Source: Salinispira sp.
Lineage (GTDB): Bacteria; Spirochaetota; Spirochaetia; DSM-27196; Salinispiraceae
Direction: 5' to 3'
Length of the DNA: 64,000 bases
Assembly (NCBI GenBank): GCA_965602015.1
Contig: OZ271918.1
Span: 3,648,001-3,712,000 of the forward strand
The notes beneath the pieces were generated by a model that saw nothing but the letters and a program-made list of their open reading frames with translations, had not been told where the DNA came from and did not search any database. Shown here in pieces: positions 1 through 7,141 of this stretch; within the stretch, counting starts at the first letter, position 1, and each line of letters starts with the position of its first letter. A program made the position numbers and the translations under genes.

Positions 1-158
1 GGTTTGGCATAGAGAGTGCTCTTATTCACCCCCTTCAGCCTGCAAGCCTGTTCCAAGTCATACCATTCCTGGTCAAGACGAACAGAGTCGGAAATCAACT
101 CCTTCAATTCTTGTATCTGTTGCTTCAATTCCGTTATTTCTGGGATGGATAGTTCCAT
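1..158 (-). CDS. Excisionase-like helix-turn-helix DNA-binding protein (runs off window start)
   Basis: Not in ORF track. GAGGAGG RBS then ATG at 158. Reads MELSIPEITELKQQIQELKELISDSVRLDQEWYDLEQACRLKGVNKSTLYAK..., an Xis/HTH_17-like pattern. Directly downstream of the integrase. Confidence 0.75.
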   Translation of the reverse strand, partial: MELSIPEITELKQQIQELKELISDSVRLDQEWYDLEQACRLKGVNKSTLYAK

Positions 159-190
159 GTGCACCTCCTCAGGCGCACATAACTATGCTT

Positions 191-1333
191 TTACTTCCCC
201 CAGATTGAATCAATCTTCTCCTGAAACTGCTCTGTTGCCTTCAGTTCCTGGCGAAGAAGGGGGTGGTAATAATGCTTGCTCATCTGTTCAGTGCTGTGAC
301 CTGTGAATTTGCGTACTAATTCCGAGGGTAGAACCGAGAGCATGTAGGAATTGAAGGTGTGACGGAGAGAGTGGGGGACATGATTTTTCCCACCCTTAAT
401 CTTTGCTCGCTCTAAACCCTTTTTGAAATTATCGAGGATGGTGCCGCGGTCAATGGATCGTTTGGTGTCTTTGCCATAGAAGATGACATCATCTTCTTCT
501 GTAGCCAGAGATTCAGTCCTCCATGCCCTCAACAGTTCGATTGTACGACCGGGTATGCGGACAAACTTTTCCTTATTTTCTTTGACCGTACCAACAGCCC
601 CAGAGTTTTTAACAGCCTTGGTAATCAGGAGTCCGGAGTCCTCCCAGAGTACATCACTCCATCTCAAGGCTCTGACTTCACCGGAACGCATACCAGAGGA
701 AACGAGCAAAAACATGAGGGTGTGATATTTCTGAGTCTTCCAAATCTTCAACGCCCTCTGGTTATCCAATGGGAAGAGCTTCTTCATATCTTCGACAGAC
801 AGTGAATCTCGAGGTTTGTCTGCAATCTTTGCCAGAGTCTCAACCTGCTGGAGGGGATTGAGATTGATTTTCTTATCCCGGACAGCTTCATTCAGAATCT
901 GCTTCATAACAATTGTTATGCCGTTCTTTGTGCTGTTGGCCAGATTAAGAGTAAGCCTCCAGTCCTCGAACATGACTGGAGTAATCTCATCCAGAGGTAC
1001 ATCTTTAAACTTCGGGAGCAGATAATTGCTGAGCTGACCCCTTTTCACTTTCAGCATGTCGTCTGAGAAGGTCTTGTTGGAGCTCTTCTTTCGCAGAGTC
1101 AGCTTACATATCGATGTGAAGAAGCCAGCTGCATAATTGCCGAAGGTGGTGACTGTTGCCATCTCCTCCAGAGCTAGCTTGTATGCTTCTTTGGCAATTC
1201 GCTCAGCTTCATATTTCACTCTCGTTCTTGTTGAGATTTCAGACCTCTTTGAATCAGTCGAAAGTACATACCTCCAGTATTTATGGTGGCTGTTTGGTTT
1301 CTTTAATTTATAGGGGAGTTTGTGTCTGCCCAT
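191..1333 (-). CDS. Tyrosine recombinase / phage-type integrase
   Basis: Catalytic motifs SGMRSGE (R), HSLRH (H-x-x-R), TGH and HYY (Tyr), with a SAM-like N-terminal region (LANSTKN). AAGGAG RBS before ATG at 1333; the ORF track extends to 1366. Confidence 0.93.
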   Translation of the reverse strand: MGRHKLPYKLKKPNSHHKYWRYVLSTDSKRSEISTRTRVKYEAERIAKEAYKLALEEMATVTTFGNYAAGFFTSICKLTLRKKSSNKTFSDDMLKVKRGQLSNYLLPKFKDVPLDEITPVMFEDWRLTLNLANSTKNGITIVMKQILNEAVRDKKINLNPLQQVETLAKIADKPRDSLSVEDMKKLFPLDNQRALKIWKTQKYHTLMFLLVSSGMRSGEVRALRWSDVLWEDSGLLITKAVKNSGAVGTVKENKEKFVRIPGRTIELLRAWRTESLATEEDDVIFYGKDTKRSIDRGTILDNFKKGLERAKIKGGKNHVPHSLRHTFNSYMLSVLPSELVRKFTGHSTEQMSKHYYHPLLRQELKATEQFQEKIDSIWGK

Positions 1334-1336
1334 ACT

Positions 1337-1462
1337 CCGCTCCTTTTTTGGCATCAGATTATGCAACTAACTATGCTTTTCGGGAGCTGGGATTTTGTAA
1401 ATGTTTCTACATACCAGGACAGGCCGGTATTGGGATCGGGGATTATCGTTGTGAATGTTGTG
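1337..1462. repeat. Imperfect direct repeat copy 1 (integrase upstream module including RBS)
   Basis: Shares ccgctcctttt, the identical core gcatcagattatgcaactaactatgcttttcgggagc, aaatgtttcta and gtgaatgYtgtg with copy 2. Confidence 0.9.
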
Positions 1463-1628
1463 GGGGAGCTGCCAATGGCGTTCTGATGTCTCCAGTTAAA
1501 ACAATCCATGATAGGGTACTTGAGTACCCCATACAAGTGTTTCATAAATATCAGTTATTTGCGCCCGGGAGAAATAATTCCATTAAATGCCTTCATAACC
1601 TGCTTCGATGAACTTTCCGACGGCAGCA

Positions 1629-1745
1629 CCGCTCCTTTTATTAGCATCAGATTATGCAACTAACTATGCTTTTCGGGAGCGGGGAATGTGGAAATGTTTC
1701 TATAAACTGAGACGATCCGGGGAGATTGCAGTGGTGAATGCTGTG
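1629..1745. repeat. Imperfect direct repeat copy 2
   Basis: Starts 292 bp after copy 1 and has the same identical core and flanking blocks. Confidence 0.9.
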
Positions 1746-1785
1746 CTCCAGTTAGTTGTGCTTTTGTGGGTGATGCCCTCGGGGC

Positions 1786-2244
1786 CTACTGGTATTCAAA
1801 GTGGCCAGCATCCCTGTGGATTTGTAGGATTTCACGAATGGATTTCTCGAAATCCGATCGAGCATGTGGCCGTTCGCGCATTATATAGTTGATGATTCCT
1901 TGGTGCGTCTCATGGAATATGCCGCTCAGGTTTTTTGCCACCGTAGCCTTGTATCTATCCCTATCGAATGCCCGGCTGTGTTCCGTCGGGATGAAATCTC
2001 TGTACACTCTTTCTGTGACAATCCTCAAGTCGATTTTTCGCGAACGCCTCCATTTCTTGAGCTGCTTGATGCTTGCTAACGAGAAGAAGTGATTGTAATG
2101 AATGTACAGTACGATGAACTTTGCTTGCGTATTGTAGCTGATGATCTTATCGATAGTTTCCAGATAAACGTCTTCCGGAAACTCATCGAGAAAGGATATG
2201 CACAGTATTCCGGGATCTGTCTCTATGGTTCTAATGACGTACAT
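1786..2244 (-). CDS. Hypothetical protein (island cargo)
   Basis: 152-aa ORF starting 2 nt after the stop of the SUKH gene. No family recognised. Confidence 0.6.
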   Translation of the reverse strand: MYVIRTIETDPGILCISFLDEFPEDVYLETIDKIISYNTQAKFIVLYIHYNHFFSLASIKQLKKWRRSRKIDLRIVTERVYRDFIPTEHSRAFDRDRYKATVAKNLSGIFHETHQGIINYIMRERPHARSDFEKSIREILQIHRDAGHFEYQ

Positions 2245-2246
2245 TC

Positions 2247-2906
2247 CTACCCACTCAGTTGCTGGCCAAAGAGGAAGTCAGACCATTCTTTGTGAACACT
2301 CTGATCCATTTTTAATCGACTGCTGTCTTCGTTGTAGAATATGTGCCATCCGCTTCCGGGACAGCCTACTTCGGTCCATGAAGTTATAAACTCAGTGAAG
2401 CTCCGTGCTATCGTTTTGCCGCTCAGCGAGTTGACACTATATGCGTAGTGGCTATTTTCGACTAGATTGACGGAACCATTCTCCACACTAAAGCAGCAGT
2501 AGTATTTGTCGAAATATCCAAATGGAAATTCGATATCAAGCTTTGGCATGATGTCATCATTATGTCGATAGCCCAAGTGCAATTTTGAGAGACTAGCTGT
2601 AGACCATATTGGACGGGATCCTCCGTAGCTGATTTCCGAAAACTGGCCCGGAGGGTCCTCTCCGTCTATGACGTAGGAGAAGATGACTTCTGATGCATAC
2701 TCGGTAACTATTGTCCGGTAGTCATCTGGCAAATGAATGTTGAGTTCCTCTTCAATGGATGTCAACTCAGCAGGGGTGATCGGAGGCCTGATTTGCAACT
2801 CGTTGTAATCCCAGTCTCGCTCAGCTGCAATTTCAACGATTAAGTTCCATGAATCGATCCATGTCTCCCAAATTCTGTCTGTCATCATGTGCCAATTGTC
2901 CCCCAC
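2247..2906 (-). CDS. SMI1/KNR4 (SUKH) family protein
   Basis: PPITPAELTSIEEELNIHLPDDYR N-terminal signature and IARSFTEFI C-terminal motif. The true start may be ATG at 2888. Confidence 0.8.
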   Translation of the reverse strand: MGDNWHMMTDRIWETWIDSWNLIVEIAAERDWDYNELQIRPPITPAELTSIEEELNIHLPDDYRTIVTEYASEVIFSYVIDGEDPPGQFSEISYGGSRPIWSTASLSKLHLGYRHNDDIMPKLDIEFPFGYFDKYYCCFSVENGSVNLVENSHYAYSVNSLSGKTIARSFTEFITSWTEVGCPGSGWHIFYNEDSSRLKMDQSVHKEWSDFLFGQQLSG

Positions 2907-3130
2907 TGCATACCACCAAATGCGTTGGCTATTGAGTCTAAACTCTTTGATGCTATCAAGCAGTCACTGTGTATTCCACAACAGAGAGACTGTCTACTTT
3001 TAACCGAGCAGGCACTTCGGATTAAACAATATCATGTACCCTTCTCAGCAACCATCGAGTTTTTCGGTCAGTCCTTCAGACTTCCAGACCTTTGAAGATC
3101 CACATTCAAAAGCATAATTATAAACCAAAA

Positions 3131-3165
3131 GGCGTCAATACTGGCGTCAGTCATCCTTTGACGCC
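3131..3165. repeat. Three GGCGTCA motifs (two direct, one inverted), candidate integrase arm-type sites
   Basis: ggcgtca at 3131-3137 and 3143-3149, tgacgcc at 3159-3165, just inside the element next to the tRNA. Confidence 0.5.
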
Positions 3166-3168
3166 AAT

Positions 3169-3202
3169 AAAAAAGGAGCTTGGCCATTTGACCAAGCTCC
3201 TT
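3169..3202 (-). terminator. Rho-independent terminator after tRNA-Leu
   Basis: aaggagcttgg/ccaagctcctt stem followed by a T-run on the minus strand. Confidence 0.8.
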
Positions 3203-3229
3203 ATCTCTTCCCCATTAATGGTTTACTGA

Positions 3230-3313
3230 TGCCCAGAAGAGGACTTGAACCTCCACGGGGTTGCCCCCACTAGAACCTGAATCTAGCGCGTCTACCAATT
3301 CCGCCACCTGGGC
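3230..3313 (-). tRNA. tRNA-Leu (anticodon CAG)
   Basis: GCCCAGG acceptor, GGAATTGGTAGAC D-loop, CTAGA-TTCAGGT-TCTAG anticodon arm, long variable arm, GGTTCAAGTCC T-arm. CCA not encoded. Confidence 0.97.
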
Positions 3314-3327
3314 TGGTGTGGTGTCAG

Positions 3328-3356
3328 AATATATCCGGTCGCATTTGATGTGTCAA
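3328..3356 (-). promoter_or_regulatory. Sigma70-type promoter of tRNA-Leu
   Basis: TTGACA-N17-TATATT on the minus strand. Confidence 0.7.
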
Positions 3357-3359
3357 GTA

Positions 3360-3908
3360 TCATTGATAATCCACCGTGTAGTGAGATTTTACCAGACCTG
3401 ATTTATATTCAACGCTTTGTCGAAGAGACAGCTGTGCTCCGGTGCGCAGCTTGCCGAACAGGGGGATTCCACTGCCGAGCAAGACGGGAACGGTGGAGAT
3501 TATCATTTCATTGAGCAGAGCCGCATCGATAAATCGGCAGATTGTCTGACCGCCGTCAATGTACACTGACGAATGGACGCGGTTTTGCAGCTGCTCCAGT
3601 ATTTCCTTCGGGCTTCCGCTCAGGAATGAGGCGGCACCGGGGTTCTTGTCCTCGGGCGGCTCTGCCCGATAGGCTGTGTGGGAACTGAGTACATAGACGG
3701 GCAGGGCATAGGGCCATTCGCCGAAGCTGAGAACTTTTTCATAGCTGTGCCTGCCCATCGCAATGCAATCTACCGTCGAAATGAAGTCAGCCCATCCGTA
3801 ATCGCCGTCCTGGTCATGATGGTCGATTTCATCGAGCCAGGCGATATCACCATCGGGTCGGGCGATGTAGCCGTCAAGGCTTTGGGCTATATAGGCGATG
3901 CATTTCAT
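3360..3908 (-). CDS. Dihydrofolate reductase / RibD C-terminal domain protein
   Basis: AQSLDGYIA, MGRHSYE, IDGG and PVLLGSGIPLF motifs. Confidence 0.9.
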   Translation of the reverse strand: MKCIAYIAQSLDGYIARPDGDIAWLDEIDHHDQDGDYGWADFISTVDCIAMGRHSYEKVLSFGEWPYALPVYVLSSHTAYRAEPPEDKNPGAASFLSGSPKEILEQLQNRVHSSVYIDGGQTICRFIDAALLNEMIISTVPVLLGSGIPLFGKLRTGAQLSLRQSVEYKSGLVKSHYTVDYQ

Positions 3909-3926
3909 AGTTTGATTATGCCCCGC

Positions 3927-4646
3927 TCACCGGACATCGGCAAGAATTATCATGAACCCATAGTACAACAACAGAATTCCCAGCAGAAAAACGAACAGGA
4001 TCCTGCGTTGAGATGGATCCGATTTCTTCCATCGGGATCCCATGCGGATCAGCACCAGGGTATCGGATATGCTTAATGTTGCTGCGGCATACCCCGCCGG
4101 GCTTCCGCCGCTTAGTATATTTACTAACGCTCCGCTTAATAACACCCACACGCTGACCGCATACAACCTAATCTGAGCGGCTTTCCCGGCATCCGGTCGT
4201 CCGTTATGCAGGAGCAGTGAGACGACAGTATAAATAATGACAAGGGCTGCGGCGGCTGAAGCTGGAAGCTTCCACATTTCCCCTTCGAAAAAGGCGTGAG
4301 AACGAAAAACCAACAATCCGCCGAGGAAGATGTTCACCAGGAGGAATATGCCGCCGGCGATGTTCACAGCCAATATACTCAGTTTGCCGGGCTGAGCTTT
4401 CCGTTCCTCCACAACCGTTGAACCTTCGATTCCGATTTCGCCCATGCCCATTGCAAGGAATATTGCGCCGGGTACCAGCGTCAAGCCGCCCTGCTCAGCC
4501 ATGCTGAATATCAGCCCCCAAAAAAGCAATAGGGGAGTGCTGACCCGCTTTGCAGTATAGAAGATGCTGCTGCTGTCGTGAAAAAAATAGGCAATTTGAA
4601 TCATCAGGTTGGCCGCCATTAACGTTATCCAAACTATCATTATCAT
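3927..4646 (-). CDS. Multi-pass membrane protein, possibly YhhN-like
   Basis: Several hydrophobic helices. ISDTL and YY motifs are only reminiscent of YhhN. Confidence 0.6.
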   Translation of the reverse strand: MIMIVWITLMAANLMIQIAYFFHDSSSIFYTAKRVSTPLLLFWGLIFSMAEQGGLTLVPGAIFLAMGMGEIGIEGSTVVEERKAQPGKLSILAVNIAGGIFLLVNIFLGGLLVFRSHAFFEGEMWKLPASAAAALVIIYTVVSLLLHNGRPDAGKAAQIRLYAVSVWVLLSGALVNILSGGSPAGYAAATLSISDTLVLIRMGSRWKKSDPSQRRILFVFLLGILLLYYGFMIILADVR

Positions 4647-4699
4647 GCGGTCCTCTCTCAGCCATGGAGCTTCGAATTATCCCTGGTCAATCAAAGTAT

Positions 4700-4737
4700 A
4701 AAAAAAGCGCGGCCGGTAATTCTACCGGACCGCGCTT
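4700..4737 (-). terminator. Rho-independent terminator
   Basis: gcgcggtccggta/taccggccgcgc stem plus T-run on the minus strand, after the 4760-5305 gene. Confidence 0.7.
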
Positions 4738-4759
4738 CATGCTTCTGTAAAATGACTGC

Positions 4760-5305
4760 TTAGAAAATGAAGGAGAGATTTACCGAAGCGAACAATTTGA
4801 TGTTTGCGATGAGTCCGGCGAGCATGCCGAAAGCGTCACCTATATCATCACCGGTGGACTCGGAGACATAATTGGTGTACAGCAGTTCGCCGTTGGCTCC
4901 GAGAATCATTGATTCACTGAAAGGAATGAGATCAATATTCAATCCCAGACCAAAGGTATTGAAAAAACCGGCCGGGTTTGCAGCCACCTGGGTCAGCGGA
5001 TTAGAGGCTTCGCTCAGGTCCACGGTGGTTCCAGCCATTAGGTAGAAATCCTTTCCGAGGGTAAGGGTAACCGGCAGGGATGCGTTCTGGTACCAGGTGT
5101 CATAGTTGACAGCAGTCCATGCGCCGAGGTGGATACCGATGCCGAGCAGGTTGTACTGAATGTGCGCTCCGATTGCTCCGCCCCTCAGGGCATTTTCGCT
5201 GCCCAGGGTCAGACCGGCAAAGGGCTTTATCCGAAGGTCGCCTTCGGCGCTTACCGCTGATACGGTAATTAATGCGATGATAATAAGTATCACAATCTTT
5301 TTCAT
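4760..5305 (-). CDS. Secreted protein, probable small outer-membrane beta-barrel
   Basis: AGGAG RBS, signal peptide MKKIVILIIIALITVSAVSA, amphipathic beta-strands, C-terminal Phe. Confidence 0.65.
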   Translation of the reverse strand: MKKIVILIIIALITVSAVSAEGDLRIKPFAGLTLGSENALRGGAIGAHIQYNLLGIGIHLGAWTAVNYDTWYQNASLPVTLTLGKDFYLMAGTTVDLSEASNPLTQVAANPAGFFNTFGLGLNIDLIPFSESMILGANGELLYTNYVSESTGDDIGDAFGMLAGLIANIKLFASVNLSFIF

Positions 5306-5376
5306 CGTGACTCCTAATGGTTTTGGTTCCCGGATGGTATGTCGAAAAATGTGCTTTGTCAATTACATCCAATGAT

Positions 5377-5411
5377 AAAAAAACGCCGCCCGGAACCCGG
5401 ACGGCGCAAAA
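5377..5411 (-). terminator. Rho-independent terminator after first hsp20
   Basis: cgccgcccg/cggacggcg hairpin with an upstream A-run on the plus strand (T-tail on minus). Confidence 0.6.
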
Positions 5412-5448
5412 ATACTCGGCGGTTGTACCAGAACTCGCCAAAACACAC

Positions 5449-5868
5449 TTAGTTGATTTTGATGCTCCGGGGTTTTGCTTCTTCGGATTTGTGAAGGTTC
5501 AGGGTCAGAAGGCCGTTGGTAAAGTTGGCTTCAATCCTGTCCTGGTCGACATCCCGGGGCAGACCGAAACTTCGGCTGTACTGAACATTTCTCCGCTCAC
5601 GAAGCAGATAGCGGCTTCCTTCTTTCTCGGCTTCGGCTTCGCTTTTAGCATCGATCTTGAGCCGACCATCTTCCAGGGTGACGTTGATGTCATTTTCAGC
5701 AACGCCGGGCATTTCCGCCTGAAGCACGTAGCGGTCTTCCTCTTCACGCACGTCCACCGAGGGGCGACGCACTCCGGTCATTTCCATACCTTCGAGCATA
5801 CTGTCGAAGATGCTGTCAACCTGATTCATCAGGTTCCGTCCATTGCGGTATCGCATTACTGTATTCAT
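5449..5868 (-). CDS. Hsp20/alpha-crystallin small heat shock protein
   Basis: PSVDVRE, AEMPGV, YSRSFGLP and ANFTNGLLTL motifs, C-terminal IKI. GGAGG RBS. Confidence 0.95.
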   Translation of the reverse strand: MNTVMRYRNGRNLMNQVDSIFDSMLEGMEMTGVRRPSVDVREEEDRYVLQAEMPGVAENDINVTLEDGRLKIDAKSEAEAEKEGSRYLLRERRNVQYSRSFGLPRDVDQDRIEANFTNGLLTLNLHKSEEAKPRSIKIN

Positions 5869-5907
5869 TTTCTACCTCCAAGGTATTTTGTTACTTGTCA
5901 TCTAATA

Positions 5908-5924
5908 AGCATTTTTCGTGCCAA
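5908..5924 (-). promoter_or_regulatory. Sigma54 (-24/-12) promoter of hsp20
   Basis: Minus strand TTGGCACG-AAAA-ATGCT versus consensus YTGGCACG-N4-TTGCW, about 40 bp upstream of the ATG. Confidence 0.75.
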
Positions 5925-6160
5925 GTCAGATTTTTTTTCGCGTTCGCGATTAAGATATTTGTAAGTCGTTGCTGCGTATGGAATTAAAATGCTTATTGAG
6001 GGTTTCTATATTGTGCTGCCGATTAGGATTTTGTAAATATGCTGCGGTTGTTTGCTGATACTGCGCATTTTTGCTCCCCTCGAAGTATATACAAGAAAAA
6101 TAGGGTCAAAATTACTCAGTGGGTCAAAATACCACTATAAATCCTGGGTCGGAGGGAAAC

Positions 6161-6191
6161 AAAAAAACCGTCCGAAATCATCCGGACGGTT
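6161..6191 (-). terminator. Rho-independent terminator
   Basis: aaccgtccg/cggacggtt stem followed by a T-run on the minus strand. Confidence 0.7.
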
Positions 6192-6234
6192 CCCGTGCTG
6201 GCATAATGCGGGCTATGACGCCCGCCGGTTGGCT

Positions 6235-6360
6235 TTAGTACTCGTCGTGGTGACGATTCTTCCGGTCTTTTAGATAGTTTGCAACCTTGTGAAGGCCGTC
6301 CTCAATCTGAGGCTTGAAGAAAAAACCCACGCCGATTCCGATAATTACTCCAAACAACAT
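6235..6360 (-). CDS. 41-aa small membrane-anchored protein (YtxH N-terminus-like)
   Basis: Below ORF-track cutoff. AGGAGG RBS. MLFGVIIGIGVGFFFKPQIEDGLHKVANYLKDRKNRHHDEY. Starts 13 nt after the hsp20 stop. Confidence 0.75.
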   Translation of the reverse strand: MLFGVIIGIGVGFFFKPQIEDGLHKVANYLKDRKNRHHDEY

Positions 6361-6373
6361 ATGATCCTCCTGG

Positions 6374-6916
6374 TTATGCGTCTTTTATCTTGGACTTGGA
6401 CTCGGAGGCCTTCGTTTTCTCAGCCTTGATATCCACTTTCACACCCTCTTCTTCCTGTACATCATCCCTCGGGGGGATGGTCACAGTAAGGATGGAATTT
6501 CGCAGAACGGCCTCTACCTTGTCCTGATGGTACTTGTCGGCCGGCACAAAATAGCGCTGGTCTTTCACGCTTTTGAGCTTAAGCCGGCGCTTGAAGTACC
6601 GAACGGTTTCCTCCGGCTCGAAGTCAGTAGGTGCTTCCGCAGAAAAAATCAGGTAGTCGCCCTTGAATTCAAGGTTGACGTCTGCTTCTGAAAATCCCGC
6701 CAGGGCGAACTGTAGAACCATGGTTTTGTTTTCCATCATGTAGACATTTACCGGTGGATAGGAATATGAGGGGTAATAATCCCTTTGGTCGGACCAGACA
6801 AAACTCCGCTTGCCGAAGTCATGGAATTCGCTGGTGAAGGCGTTCTTGAAATCCTCGGCGGCGCCGAAAATTTCATCCAGGAGTTCCCGGATGTCGGGAA
6901 AATCGTGTTTCTTCAT
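6374..6916 (-). CDS. Hsp20/alpha-crystallin family protein (second, divergent)
   Basis: YPPVNVY, FALAGFS and AVLRNSILTVTIP motifs, VDI tail. AAGGAG RBS. Confidence 0.88.
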   Translation of the reverse strand: MKKHDFPDIRELLDEIFGAAEDFKNAFTSEFHDFGKRSFVWSDQRDYYPSYSYPPVNVYMMENKTMVLQFALAGFSEADVNLEFKGDYLIFSAEAPTDFEPEETVRYFKRRLKLKSVKDQRYFVPADKYHQDKVEAVLRNSILTVTIPPRDDVQEEEGVKVDIKAEKTKASESKSKIKDA

Positions 6917-7141
6917 AGCTTTTCTCCTTCGAGAGCCTCTCTGCGCTCTCGGGTGCCCGCGTAGTGCGCGGCATTAGGTTCTGTCGCCGGCTTTCGCCCT
7001 GCGACACGTTTGGCGCTGTGCACCAATCTCTTGCGTACCAGCACAGTCTGTCCCCGGTCAGCAACCGCGGGACCTGTATAATCTATTAAATAAAACACGG
7101 CACGGGTAGCAAAATGTCACCTGCTGATATAAGGTTTTTCC

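Larger units (their letters stand above)
1..3230. mobile_element. Terminal part of an integrative element inserted at the tRNA-Leu 3' end
   Basis: Integrase plus Xis-like gene plus cargo next to the tRNA 3' end. Visibly AT-richer than the rest of the window. Short repeated motifs lie beside the tRNA. The other att end is outside the window. Confidence 0.8.

Noticed and set aside
16..306. Plus-strand 96-aa ORF
   Set aside because: Antisense to the integrase end and the Xis-like gene, with no protein-like features.
1337..1745. Integron attC array or CRISPR array
   Set aside because: Only two copies, no attC-like long inverted structure, a phage-type rather than IntI-like integrase, and no cas genes.
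6913..7098. 61-aa ORF overlapping the hsp20 start
   Set aside because: No RBS, starts within the likely promoter, and the region is better explained as a structured leader.
5869..7100. CIRCE element at the hsp20 genes
   Set aside because: No TTAGCACTC-N9-GAGTGCTAA seen.
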